Below are positions 30,576 through 39,553 of a stretch of DNA of 64,000 nucleotides, one piece after another (position 1 is the first letter of the stretch; every line of letters begins with the position of its first letter). Origin of the DNA: an uncultured Spirochaetota bacterium (GTDB lineage Bacteria; Spirochaetota; Spirochaetia; SZUA-6; Fen-1364). Under the pieces are notes generated by a model. The model was not told the DNA's origin and did not search any database. It saw nothing but the letters and a program-made list of their open reading frames with translations. Location: positions 288,001-352,000 of the forward strand of contig CAVTHO010000007.1 of NCBI GenBank assembly GCA_963734545.1, in the 5' to 3' direction. The position numbers were made by a program, and so were the translations under genes.

Positions 30576-30736
30576 CCCCTGCCGGCAAGGCCTTTTGATT
30601 TCATTCATGCTCGACCCTGAACCCCCCAGAAGAATACAATGCCTTCCTGAGCCGCGGCGCCGATAGTCATAGAGAGATGGGCGGCAAGGCGGACCCCGGG
30701 CGTGCACCGCGGGAGATCTCCGCGCCCGGCAAGGGG
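30576..30736. ncRNA. Candidate rod-shaped structured RNA (6S-like or leader); strand uncertain
   Basis: Terminal complementarity CCCCTGCCGG/CCGGCAAGGGG, an internal imperfect helix and an asymmetric bubble; no credible ORF. Confidence 0.3.
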
Positions 30737-30875
30737 CAGGGCGAGGCGCTGCGCCCGTAATACCCCGGCATATACGTGCTTCCTTCGCTCTCCAGCCCGC
30801 GAGATATACTTGTAGAAGGAGATTCGGTGCGTGCTGCCATTTTTCTTATTTTCGGCCCGGGAAATCATTTACATA

Positions 30876-33800
30876 ATGGCGGTTCCAGTGAATAATGGCC
30901 GCGACGTGGCGCGAAACCATGCCAATCTCCTCCTGCTCTCCTGCTGCCTGGCTTCGCTCTTCTGCGGAAGCCGGCTCTTTGCCGCTGACATATTTGTCCC
31001 GCCCAAGGAAGCTCCCACGACCATCTTTTCCACAAAGCTGGGTTCCGCCGATGTCGACCTCAGCCTCCTTGGATCCTGGACTGCCGGTGTCTCATTCGGC
31101 GCAGGCCTTCTTTTTGTGCCCGGGCTTCCCGCACAGGCCCTCGATTCATTCCCTGCGCTGGACCAGGGATTCATCTTCAACCAGACACCTGACATCACGA
31201 TCTCCCTCTGGCTGCTGAAAAGATTCTATCTGAACGTTACCGTGCTGGGAAACTTCGCGAACAACACTATCCAGCTCGGGTACAAGGGCGCTCCGGGCGA
31301 GACGATTCAATCCGTTGTTGTGGGGAACCAGGGCATCGCAATTCCCTCCAGTCAGCTCGTGCAGATACCCAGCCAGCCGTTCGGTTCGCTCGGGGCAATG
31401 GGCCAGTTCATCTCCGGCAACGCGACGAACGACCTGATGCTGCGTTGGGACCCTGCCCAGCGAAAAACCAAGACCTTTGTGGGAAAAAACGAGCTTGTTG
31501 AGAAAGAGATAGGCATCGATACCTATGTGCGAGGCAGATACTTCTTTCTGCCCGACACCGGGCTCGACGCCGGGAGCCTTCAGGTCTTCCTGGAGGACCC
31601 GGAGGGAACATTCACAAGCACGACGCCGCCTGATGGCCGGAAATACCGGCGGGCCACACTTGACGACGTGGTGCTGGATTCCACGAATGGGCTGGTATCA
31701 CTGAGAAATGCCTTCAAAGGCAGGGTCCTGGTGTATTACACGAAGGGCTCGCCAGTGGGAACAACCGGGGTCGGCACGCTGCCGAAGGAAGTGCTCTACG
31801 TGCCCCCGGCTCTGGGACCTTCTCGGGATCCGACCCAGTCGCAGGCGTTCAACTGGGCAATCACCTACTTTGGCCAGGCAATGACCGAGAGGCAGGTCAC
31901 GCTCCTTGCGGTGAGCGCTTCACCTTGTTTGCTTCTCTGGGAGCCCGGCGACAATTCACCGTTTGAAATCGACAACTCCTACGCGTTCGCCTCCGCGCCG
32001 CCTTCCGACCTGTCGAAGATTTCATATCGGTTCAATGCAAAATCTTCGAGCGCGGCGCTGCCCACCGGCCTCATTTTTCAAAGCATCCCCACGGAAGTCC
32101 GGTTCATGGTTCTTGTGGACCGCAATCTCACAGGCACGAACAGGTTCAGGAATTTCTTCCCCTTCGAGGACGCAAGCACGGATCCTGATGGTCTCCTGTA
32201 CGGCCCGAAAAGGGATTCGCTGACTGGCAGCCTTCCGTTCGATATCTTCTACCAGTTCCTGTCACCTGTCTCGGACATGACCCTCGAGGCAAACATTGTC
32301 CCCGGATCCGTCAGCGTGCAGGTCAACGGAACGTCCGAATCCCGTATTGAAGTGGATCCGGTCTCGGGGCGCCTTACCATACTTGCCGAAGTTCTTCCCA
32401 CGGACCGTATCGTCGTCACGTACAGCAAAGTCGAGCAGGGAGTTGCAGGCGGGGACATCCTGTTCGCGTGGCGGGACAAGATCCCTCTTTCCGATTCGGT
32501 GAACCTTTTCTTTTCAACCGGGATCCGGTGGAACGCCAATCCATGGACGTTCTCCCAGGAGGCCTATTCGAAGTCGGGGACCATCATCGCCACGGCAGGA
32601 ATCGACGGAAAGGGCGAGAACCTGTCGTACTCCGCGGAGGCGGGGATCGCGTACACAAACCCTGATACCACGGGAATCCTCAGGCTGTTCGGCATGGAAG
32701 GCAACTCCACTTCGATCGACCTTTCGGAGGAAAATGCTTTCCCCGCGAGCGCGCCCTATACCTCCCTCGTCACTGAAATACCCGGACTCACGCCGGCGAA
32801 TGCCCGAGGCTTGCTCTATTACCGCGATTATCGCTCGTATGGAGCGTTTGGCTCCTCGACACTCAATACGATCGACTACACAGGCTCGACGTTGATTCCC
32901 TATTCGAACGGCAATCGGATGGGTCCCTACAACGTGAAAGGAAGCAGTGGCAACCTCAATTCAGAGAGCCTCGTTCTGGATTACAGGCTCGCCAGTAACG
33001 AGTGGGTGGGCACGCAGCTTCCGATCTCGCCGGGGTCCGACGCGGATCTTTCAGGTGCCCGGGCAATCACGATCCGGTTGCGGGCGCTGAACATGTCGGG
33101 CAGCAGCGTGAACGTCTCCCTCCAGATAGGCAGTGTCTCGGAGGACCTCGACGGTTCAGGCGTGCTCAAGGCTGAGACATCCTCGACACAGACGGGATTC
33201 TCATTTGTCGATCAGTCCCATGCAGGGATAACGCTCAAGGTCGGCGCAGGCCCCAAGCTGGAAGGCAACAGCAGGCTGGACTCTGAGGACCGAAACGGGA
33301 ACACCATCCTCGACCTGGAGGACGCGACCCGGGTACTGACCGCGGCGTCTTCTTCGTTCCCTATTGCTTCCGGGTCACTGAGCTCAACCTGGGCACCCTT
33401 CACGCTGCAATTGAATGACGCCGACAGGCAGAAACTCCTCCAGGCGCGCGGCGTGCGAGTGATCATCCAGGAATCGGGCGGAGGCACGGCCACGGGCCAG
33501 ATCCTTATCGATTCGATCACGATCCAGGGAACGCCGTTCTGGCCGCAGACCGCTGCCGTGGACCGCCCCAATGTCCACGTGCAGGAAGTTTCTGAGAATT
33601 TGGTCGGAACTGCCGCGGACCTGGAATCCAGGTACCCGGACAGCCTCAAGCGGTTCCATCCCGACGGAGAGCCGAACCAGGTGCTGGAGACAAGCTGGGG
33701 ATCCCCTGCCGCCGTGACAGCGCCGTTCACCGTGCAGGGCTTCGTTCCGCAGGGCACGGGCGGAATCCAATACAACACCATCGTTTCGTATGTTCGCAGC

Positions 33801-35819
33801 AATACAGTGGGCGCGACGTACACGTTTTCTCTCCTGGATTCCCAGTCAACGCCGCGCGGCGTTTCCTGGTCCGTGGCCGTTTCCGACAATGTGTGGCACG
33901 AGATCAAGGTCTCCCGCAATGACGGCACGGTCCGCATGGACGGCACCGTCATTGGGAGCCCTCTCAGGTTCGATTCATCCTATGAAAACCTGGCTCAGCT
34001 TACCGTCGTGGTGTCGGGCGTCCCTGTCACCGACCCTCCGCCCGGGAGCGGTCTGCTCTACATTGACGAGATCTACTGTACGGACCCCCAGGGGAGCGTC
34101 GGTGTCGCTTTCGTCGGCAATCTTTCAGCCAAGTTCCCCGGCACCGTGCTCGCTGCCGGGAATGTTCCCCTGGTCTCGAATGTGGCGCTGCGCCAGGACG
34201 TATCCCTTGTGTCAGCGGGATTCGCGCCGCTCTATGGCATTCCTTCTCCTTCGGAAGATCTCTCATCGCGTACTCAGGCGGATGCGGACCTCCTCTTCGT
34301 GCGCACGAGCGTGGACGTCCGGCTGAGGGAGGCCGCGGGGTCATTCAGCGCATCGGGGGGCCACCGGGTGAAGATCCCGGCTGATTCCTTTCCCGTGACC
34401 GTGGTCGACGCCTTTTCTCTCAACTGGGCGGGCGGGTTCTCGCGGGAGAATATGCTCGTTCTCACCCCCGGTTCCTTCCTCACATTGTCCCTCGGTACGA
34501 CCGCCAACGCAGACCCGGATGAAAGCGTCGGCACGGGACTCCTCAACCAATCCTGGCAGGCGAGCATGGCGCTGAGTCCCTTTTCGCCCCTGACGGTCAA
34601 TTCCACCCTGTCATTCTCCCAGGCGGTATCCGGATACCGGCTCCCGCTCGAATGGTACGGCGAGCGATGGGCGAGGGAGGCGGCGCTTGTGGTCCCATGG
34701 TTCGGCGGCTCGGATGTTCTGCGCAGCGAGCAGCTCGGATTCAAGACCGGGATCCCCGCGGCCCCCTTCGGCTTCAGCCTCGAAGCGGAGGCGAACACGG
34801 CGAGGAAGGAGGACAGCACGCTGACCGGGCTCAGCCAGCAGAACGACCTGTCCCTCTCCGCGGCCCTCCTGCTGCGCCTTGCCCAGGGCGGGGCATCGGA
34901 CATGAGTCTGAGCCTTGCCTACAGGAGGTTCGTCTCCGTGACGACCTCTCCTGTGCCGGGGCCCCGATTCTCCGCGGAGGCAAATGAGTACTTCGACGTT
35001 CTCTCGTCGCAGGCATATCTGCTGACTGCACCGCCGTTCCAGGAGCTCCTCTCCAACAACTCCGACGGGGTGCTTGCCGCCTGGGAGTCTGCAGGCGCAA
35101 CCCAGGGAATCTACAGCCCCTCCGTGCTCCTCTCGTTCCAGCGCGGCTTCGGCGCGCGGCTCATCGACCTGGTGGTGCCTTCCACGGCCGAGGTCGCGGT
35201 CGGTCAGGACCTCAAGAAGATAGCGGACCTCTCCCAGACGACCATGTACGTGCGTCCCAAGATCGGAATGAGGGCAGTGAACCTTTTCGGGCAGCTGGGC
35301 GTGTATCCGCTGCTTCCGATGGTGCGTACCGATGAGTACAGCATCAGCATGAGCGGGTCAGTGGATGGAGGCCCCGGGCTTCCGACACGTCTCTCCACCA
35401 TCTCCGCCGAGGTGTTTGCCAGCCTGACGGGCACCGGAGACGGAACCCTCACCTTCGTGGAAACCTTTCGGAGAGACCAGGCCACCACCATCACCCTGTC
35501 CAACGACTCGCAGGTGCTTCTGGAGTGGACCACCCGTCCGGAGGGAGGAGTCATTCTGCCTCTCATTCCGAAGGACATCGGCAAGACAGGATACTTCGCG
35601 CACCGTGAAAGCGTCGATGCCACGGTCAGCTACAACGACACAGGTGCTTTCCACCCGTTTACTCTCGTGCTCGGACACTCGAGCTCGATCGTGTACGACG
35701 AGCACGGGTCCATCAAGGCGAGCCTCAATCTCGGCATGGACGTTGAAGACCTCGGCGGCGCGGGGATCGCCTGGCGCCTCGCCTTCCGCGCGGCGCTGGA
35801 GGCCAAATTGACGTTCTAG
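30876..35819 (+). CDS. Very large outer-membrane protein resembling the T9SS translocon SprA/Sov (start may be GTG 30906)
   Basis: Signal peptide, amphipathic beta-strands, terminal Phe (LEAKLTF), and collinear SprA-like motifs (see findings). Confidence 0.7.
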   Translation: MAVPVNNGRDVARNHANLLLLSCCLASLFCGSRLFAADIFVPPKEAPTTIFSTKLGSADVDLSLLGSWTAGVSFGAGLLFVPGLPAQALDSFPALDQGFIFNQTPDITISLWLLKRFYLNVTVLGNFANNTIQLGYKGAPGETIQSVVVGNQGIAIPSSQLVQIPSQPFGSLGAMGQFISGNATNDLMLRWDPAQRKTKTFVGKNELVEKEIGIDTYVRGRYFFLPDTGLDAGSLQVFLEDPEGTFTSTTPPDGRKYRRATLDDVVLDSTNGLVSLRNAFKGRVLVYYTKGSPVGTTGVGTLPKEVLYVPPALGPSRDPTQSQAFNWAITYFGQAMTERQVTLLAVSASPCLLLWEPGDNSPFEIDNSYAFASAPPSDLSKISYRFNAKSSSAALPTGLIFQSIPTEVRFMVLVDRNLTGTNRFRNFFPFEDASTDPDGLLYGPKRDSLTGSLPFDIFYQFLSPVSDMTLEANIVPGSVSVQVNGTSESRIEVDPVSGRLTILAEVLPTDRIVVTYSKVEQGVAGGDILFAWRDKIPLSDSVNLFFSTGIRWNANPWTFSQEAYSKSGTIIATAGIDGKGENLSYSAEAGIAYTNPDTTGILRLFGMEGNSTSIDLSEENAFPASAPYTSLVTEIPGLTPANARGLLYYRDYRSYGAFGSSTLNTIDYTGSTLIPYSNGNRMGPYNVKGSSGNLNSESLVLDYRLASNEWVGTQLPISPGSDADLSGARAITIRLRALNMSGSSVNVSLQIGSVSEDLDGSGVLKAETSSTQTGFSFVDQSHAGITLKVGAGPKLEGNSRLDSEDRNGNTILDLEDATRVLTAASSSFPIASGSLSSTWAPFTLQLNDADRQKLLQARGVRVIIQESGGGTATGQILIDSITIQGTPFWPQTAAVDRPNVHVQEVSENLVGTAADLESRYPDSLKRFHPDGEPNQVLETSWGSPAAVTAPFTVQGFVPQGTGGIQYNTIVSYVRSNTVGATYTFSLLDSQSTPRGVSWSVAVSDNVWHEIKVSRNDGTVRMDGTVIGSPLRFDSSYENLAQLTVVVSGVPVTDPPPGSGLLYIDEIYCTDPQGSVGVAFVGNLSAKFPGTVLAAGNVPLVSNVALRQDVSLVSAGFAPLYGIPSPSEDLSSRTQADADLLFVRTSVDVRLREAAGSFSASGGHRVKIPADSFPVTVVDAFSLNWAGGFSRENMLVLTPGSFLTLSLGTTANADPDESVGTGLLNQSWQASMALSPFSPLTVNSTLSFSQAVSGYRLPLEWYGERWAREAALVVPWFGGSDVLRSEQLGFKTGIPAAPFGFSLEAEANTARKEDSTLTGLSQQNDLSLSAALLLRLAQGGASDMSLSLAYRRFVSVTTSPVPGPRFSAEANEYFDVLSSQAYLLTAPPFQELLSNNSDGVLAAWESAGATQGIYSPSVLLSFQRGFGARLIDLVVPSTAEVAVGQDLKKIADLSQTTMYVRPKIGMRAVNLFGQLGVYPLLPMVRTDEYSISMSGSVDGGPGLPTRLSTISAEVFASLTGTGDGTLTFVETFRRDQATTITLSNDSQVLLEWTTRPEGGVILPLIPKDIGKTGYFAHRESVDATVSYNDTGAFHPFTLVLGHSSSIVYDEHGSIKASLNLGMDVEDLGGAGIAWRLAFRAALEAKLTF

Positions 35820-35823
35820 GGCG

Positions 35824-35917
35824 CCGCGGTATTCCGCGGATTAAGGGCATTGTGGTACACCACGGATTTCCAGCACCGCGGTATTCCGCGGATTTAGCGC
35901 ATCGCGGCACTCCGCGG
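35824..35917 (+). repeat. Four 26-bp units, each a 6-bp-stem/4-nt-loop hairpin
   Basis: CCGCGG-TATT-CCGCGG, TTGTGG-TACA-CCACGG, CCGCGG-TATT-CCGCGG and TCGCGG-CACT-CCGCGG, separated by 10-nt ATT..GCA linkers. Confidence 0.85.
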
Positions 35918-35988
35918 ACCCGGTATGCCGCGATAGCTTTCTGGGGAAGCGGGAGATATAATATTCACGGGTTTTCAAGGAGGTCTCC

Positions 35989-37322
35989 ATGCCTGCAGTT
36001 CTCAGACGTTGTGCGGTCATTCTGGTCCTTTGCGGTTTCGCAGTCGGACCGGCCTTCTCCCAGGAAACGCCTCCCGCCGACAGCCTCGGGTTCAAAATGT
36101 CCATGGGCATCGGTATTCAGAACTTTCACGGCCCGGTAGAGCCGGGCACGTTTTCATCGATCGGGCTCGCGCCGGATATCTCATTCGGTAAATTCGGGAT
36201 CGGCCTGGACCTGACGATCAACTACAACACGGAAAACGGCTCGCTCTATATCCGGAGGGCCGACTGGGTCGTCAACAGCTTTCAGAATTTCCTGGAGGTG
36301 TATCTCCCCAAGATCGCGTACATCCGATACGGCGTGAAGGGCGATCCTTTGTTCCTGAAGCTCGGCTCTTTCGCGGATGCGACCCTCGGCGATGGTTTCA
36401 TCATGGGAAACTACAATAACATGCTGTTCATGCCCGGACCAGCGCCACTTCGGTCTGCAGGCGGATCTGGATGGAAGACTTTTCAACGCGCCCTTCTTCG
36501 GCTTCGAATCTGTCATCGGAAATCTCGCCCGGATGGACGTGATGGGCGGGCGCTTGTATGTGCGGCCCCTTGCCGGTACCGGACCTGCCGGTTCTGAACA
36601 ACCTGGAAGTCGGTTTCACCGCAGCGATGGACACCGACCCTTTCTTCGGCACCATGTCTGTCGGCAATCCTTCCCCGATCGGCGTGATGGGCGGCGATAT
36701 TCGCGTCCCCATCGTCGACATCAAGGACGCGTTCTCTCTGCTCGCGTTCACCGATGTCGCCACCATCCAGACCAAGAGCTGGGGCGGCATGGTAGGGGTG
36801 AGCGGCAGGATCATCAGCATCTTCACGTACGGTCTCCAGCTGCGCGCGCTCGGTGAGGACTTCATCCCCGACTACTTCGGTCCCACGTACGACCTTCTGC
36901 GGGACCAGCAGTACCTCATCGTGCGGACCGGAGGATTCTCACCGGCCATGCTGGGGTGGCTGGCAAGCGTGGGCACGTCCTTCCTTGGGGACACGATTGT
37001 GTTCAGAGTCACCCTCGATGGCCCGTTCGCCCCGAGCCCCTTCACCAATCGCCTTCTGAGATACCCTCACCTGCGTGGTATATTCACAATCGCGGAGGGG
37101 GTCGTGCCGGGGATTTCATTCGATTTCAGCTACGACAAGAAAGCCCTCGCGACGCTCCCTGACCTGGTCAGCGCAGAAGATGCCGCCATTCAGGCGCAGC
37201 TCAACTTCAGGACGGGCCCCGCGGTCATATCCTTCCTCTACAAGATCGTATTCGACCCGACCCAATCCCCGCACCCGTGGCGCGTCACTTCCGGGCTGCA
37301 GAGCTCGATTGCGCTCTTCTAG
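35989..37322 (+). CDS. Predicted outer-membrane beta-barrel protein (frameshifts near 36435 and 36580)
   Basis: Signal peptide (AFS-QE), alternating hydrophobic strands, ends SSIALF; paralog of the next gene's C-terminal domain. Confidence 0.72.
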
Positions 37323-37337
37323 GAAACGGAGGACAGT

Positions 37338-39545
37338 ATGAGGATCAGAGCCACTCTCGCGGTACTGGCAGCCCTCCTGGCGCTGCCGGGCCTGCTTTTT
37401 GCGCAGTCGGCACCTGCGGCGGCAAAGCCGCCGGCCATATCCGTGACCCTCGCCTATCACGAAGACAACAGCGGCACGTTCGACGTCAAGGACGGGAAGG
37501 GCGCATCCGTCACCATGCAGGACGGGGACGACATGCAGCTCGGCTGGACCGTGGTCACCGGCAAGGGAGACCTGGCCGAGCTGAAACTGAACCATACGGG
37601 CACGATCATCAAGATCGCCCAGAACACCAATTTCACTCTCACGCAATTGCGCTCAGAGACGGGAGGCCAGGATGTGTTCAGCCTGGCCTTCGGAAAAGTC
37701 CGTACGGTTGCCGGCAGGGCGTCCGGCAAGGACCAGTACCAGATCAGGACCCAGTCGGCGGTGTGCGGTGTGCGCGGTTCCGACATCGTGTTCGAGTACC
37801 AGGAAGGTGCTTTCGCCCGGCTCTTCACCCTCGAAGGGACGGGCTGGATCCAGAACGCCGCGGGAAACGCGATCGACGTGGCGCAGGGACTGTTCGCGGA
37901 CGCGCTGGGCGCCGCATTCACCGCGGTGCAGATCGCTCCGGACGTGCTCGGCGGTCTGGTCAGCGAGATGAAGTTCAACAGGCTGGATGTGAACGAAACC
38001 ATGGCCGTCAACAAGGCTTACCAGGAAACGCTCGGGACCCCGGCAACGGAGCCGGCACCGGGCCCGACCACGCCCCCGGCGCCGAAGACCAACTCGGCCC
38101 TGGACAACTTCATGACGGCGCTGCGCGACATCATGGGCCTCGAGATCGGCTCCGTCACCATTGGCGGCACCACGTGGGCAAAGGTGGTGCTGCAGCCGAC
38201 ATTCAAGACGGGCAATCTGAAGGCCGCGCTCTATCTGCCCCTCATCTACCACGACGACATGTTCAATCCGAGCGACTACTACAGGCCGGCGGGCAACAGG
38301 GAGTGGAGCTTCGGAACGGATCAACCGAATACCATCGCCGGCGTCGAGGACTTTGCCGTGGACGTCCTTCTCAAGATCAAGTACATCGAGTGGGGACGGC
38401 AGAGAGATCCCTTCTTCTTCAAGGTAGGAAACCTCAACGACATCACCATCGGGCACGGCCTGATCATGCGTGATTTCGCCAACGACGCCGACTTCCCCTC
38501 GGTGCGCCGCATCGGCGTGAATCTCGGCCTGGACCTCGGCGGCTTCGGAGTGGAGGCGATGGTCAACGACGCGGCAGATCCCGAGGTCTTCGGCGGCAGG
38601 ATGTACATCCGTCCGATTCCGGGCGTCAGGGCGGCTCTCGGCTTCTCGACTCTTGTGGACATCAATCCCGCCCGGGACTTCATCGATATTCCCGCCGGCG
38701 CTGTCGGTCCGGTCCCGGCGGGAAGTCCCATCTTCATCAGTCCGGGCATCGACCTTGACCTGCCGTTTGTGGAGAGTGATCCTTTCAGCCTGGTGGCTTT
38801 TGCAGACGGAGCGCTCATGCTGCCGTACTTCCGCTCCTCCCCGAGCATCGGCCTCACGGGCGGCACGGTGATCAATTCGGGGTTTGCCTCCGACGCGGTC
38901 TATGACAAGTCGGCTGCCATGCCCTTCAAGAACTGGGGATTCGCCACGGGGCTGTTTGGAAACCTGATCATCCGCGACTTGACCTGGCGGCTGGAGTTCC
39001 GTGACTACACCGGCGTATTCGTCCCGCAGTTCTACAGCTCCGGCTATGAGCGGCAGCGGAACACGCTCGTGCACAATGTGCTCGCCTACCTGCACGACCC
39101 GGCTGACCCGGTCTGGAATACCCAGAATATGGGCATCTTCGGCGAAGGCGGCATCTCGCTGGACCGGCTCTTCAGCCTCAAGCTCAGCTACTTCTGGCCC
39201 TGGGACAGGAACTCGGCGGGCGATTTCACATTCCTGAATGACGATTTCGCCGTGAAGTTCATCCTGCAGAAGGGCGTCATCCCTGTGGTCAACATCTGGG
39301 GATCCATCTCGTACGAGAGGACGAACTTCGTCCGTTCGATCCAGCACGGTGTGAATCTGTTCGATGCAAACACGGTGGTGAGCACATCGATCAATTACCC
39401 CGTGACGGATAATCTCGACGTGACGCTGCTGTACACCACCACGGCGCAGCGGGACTCGTCGGGCAACCTGGTCTATGCGAGCGCGGGAGACCTGCTGCCG
39501 AAGCTGGACACGTCGCTCTCCATCCAGATGCAGGTCCACCTCTAG
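37338..39545 (+). CDS. FecR-like domain + Pro-rich linker + predicted beta-barrel outer-membrane protein
   Basis: Signal peptide; FecR-like VVTGKGDLAEL..IKIAQNT..IRTQSAVCGVRGS; barrel homologous to the upstream gene. Confidence 0.78.
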   Translation: MRIRATLAVLAALLALPGLLFAQSAPAAAKPPAISVTLAYHEDNSGTFDVKDGKGASVTMQDGDDMQLGWTVVTGKGDLAELKLNHTGTIIKIAQNTNFTLTQLRSETGGQDVFSLAFGKVRTVAGRASGKDQYQIRTQSAVCGVRGSDIVFEYQEGAFARLFTLEGTGWIQNAAGNAIDVAQGLFADALGAAFTAVQIAPDVLGGLVSEMKFNRLDVNETMAVNKAYQETLGTPATEPAPGPTTPPAPKTNSALDNFMTALRDIMGLEIGSVTIGGTTWAKVVLQPTFKTGNLKAALYLPLIYHDDMFNPSDYYRPAGNREWSFGTDQPNTIAGVEDFAVDVLLKIKYIEWGRQRDPFFFKVGNLNDITIGHGLIMRDFANDADFPSVRRIGVNLGLDLGGFGVEAMVNDAADPEVFGGRMYIRPIPGVRAALGFSTLVDINPARDFIDIPAGAVGPVPAGSPIFISPGIDLDLPFVESDPFSLVAFADGALMLPYFRSSPSIGLTGGTVINSGFASDAVYDKSAAMPFKNWGFATGLFGNLIIRDLTWRLEFRDYTGVFVPQFYSSGYERQRNTLVHNVLAYLHDPADPVWNTQNMGIFGEGGISLDRLFSLKLSYFWPWDRNSAGDFTFLNDDFAVKFILQKGVIPVVNIWGSISYERTNFVRSIQHGVNLFDANTVVSTSINYPVTDNLDVTLLYTTTAQRDSSGNLVYASAGDLLPKLDTSLSIQMQVHL

Positions 39546-39553
39546 GCGGGCGC

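Noticed and set aside
30770-30800. SRP RNA (GAAGGAAGCA on the minus strand)
   Set aside because: Lacks the CAGG...GNRA hairpin and AGCAG symmetric loop of domain IV.
35824-35917. Mini-CRISPR interpretation of the 26-bp array
   Set aside because: Linkers are only 10 nt and similar to one another, the repeats are 16 nt and variable, and there are no cas genes.
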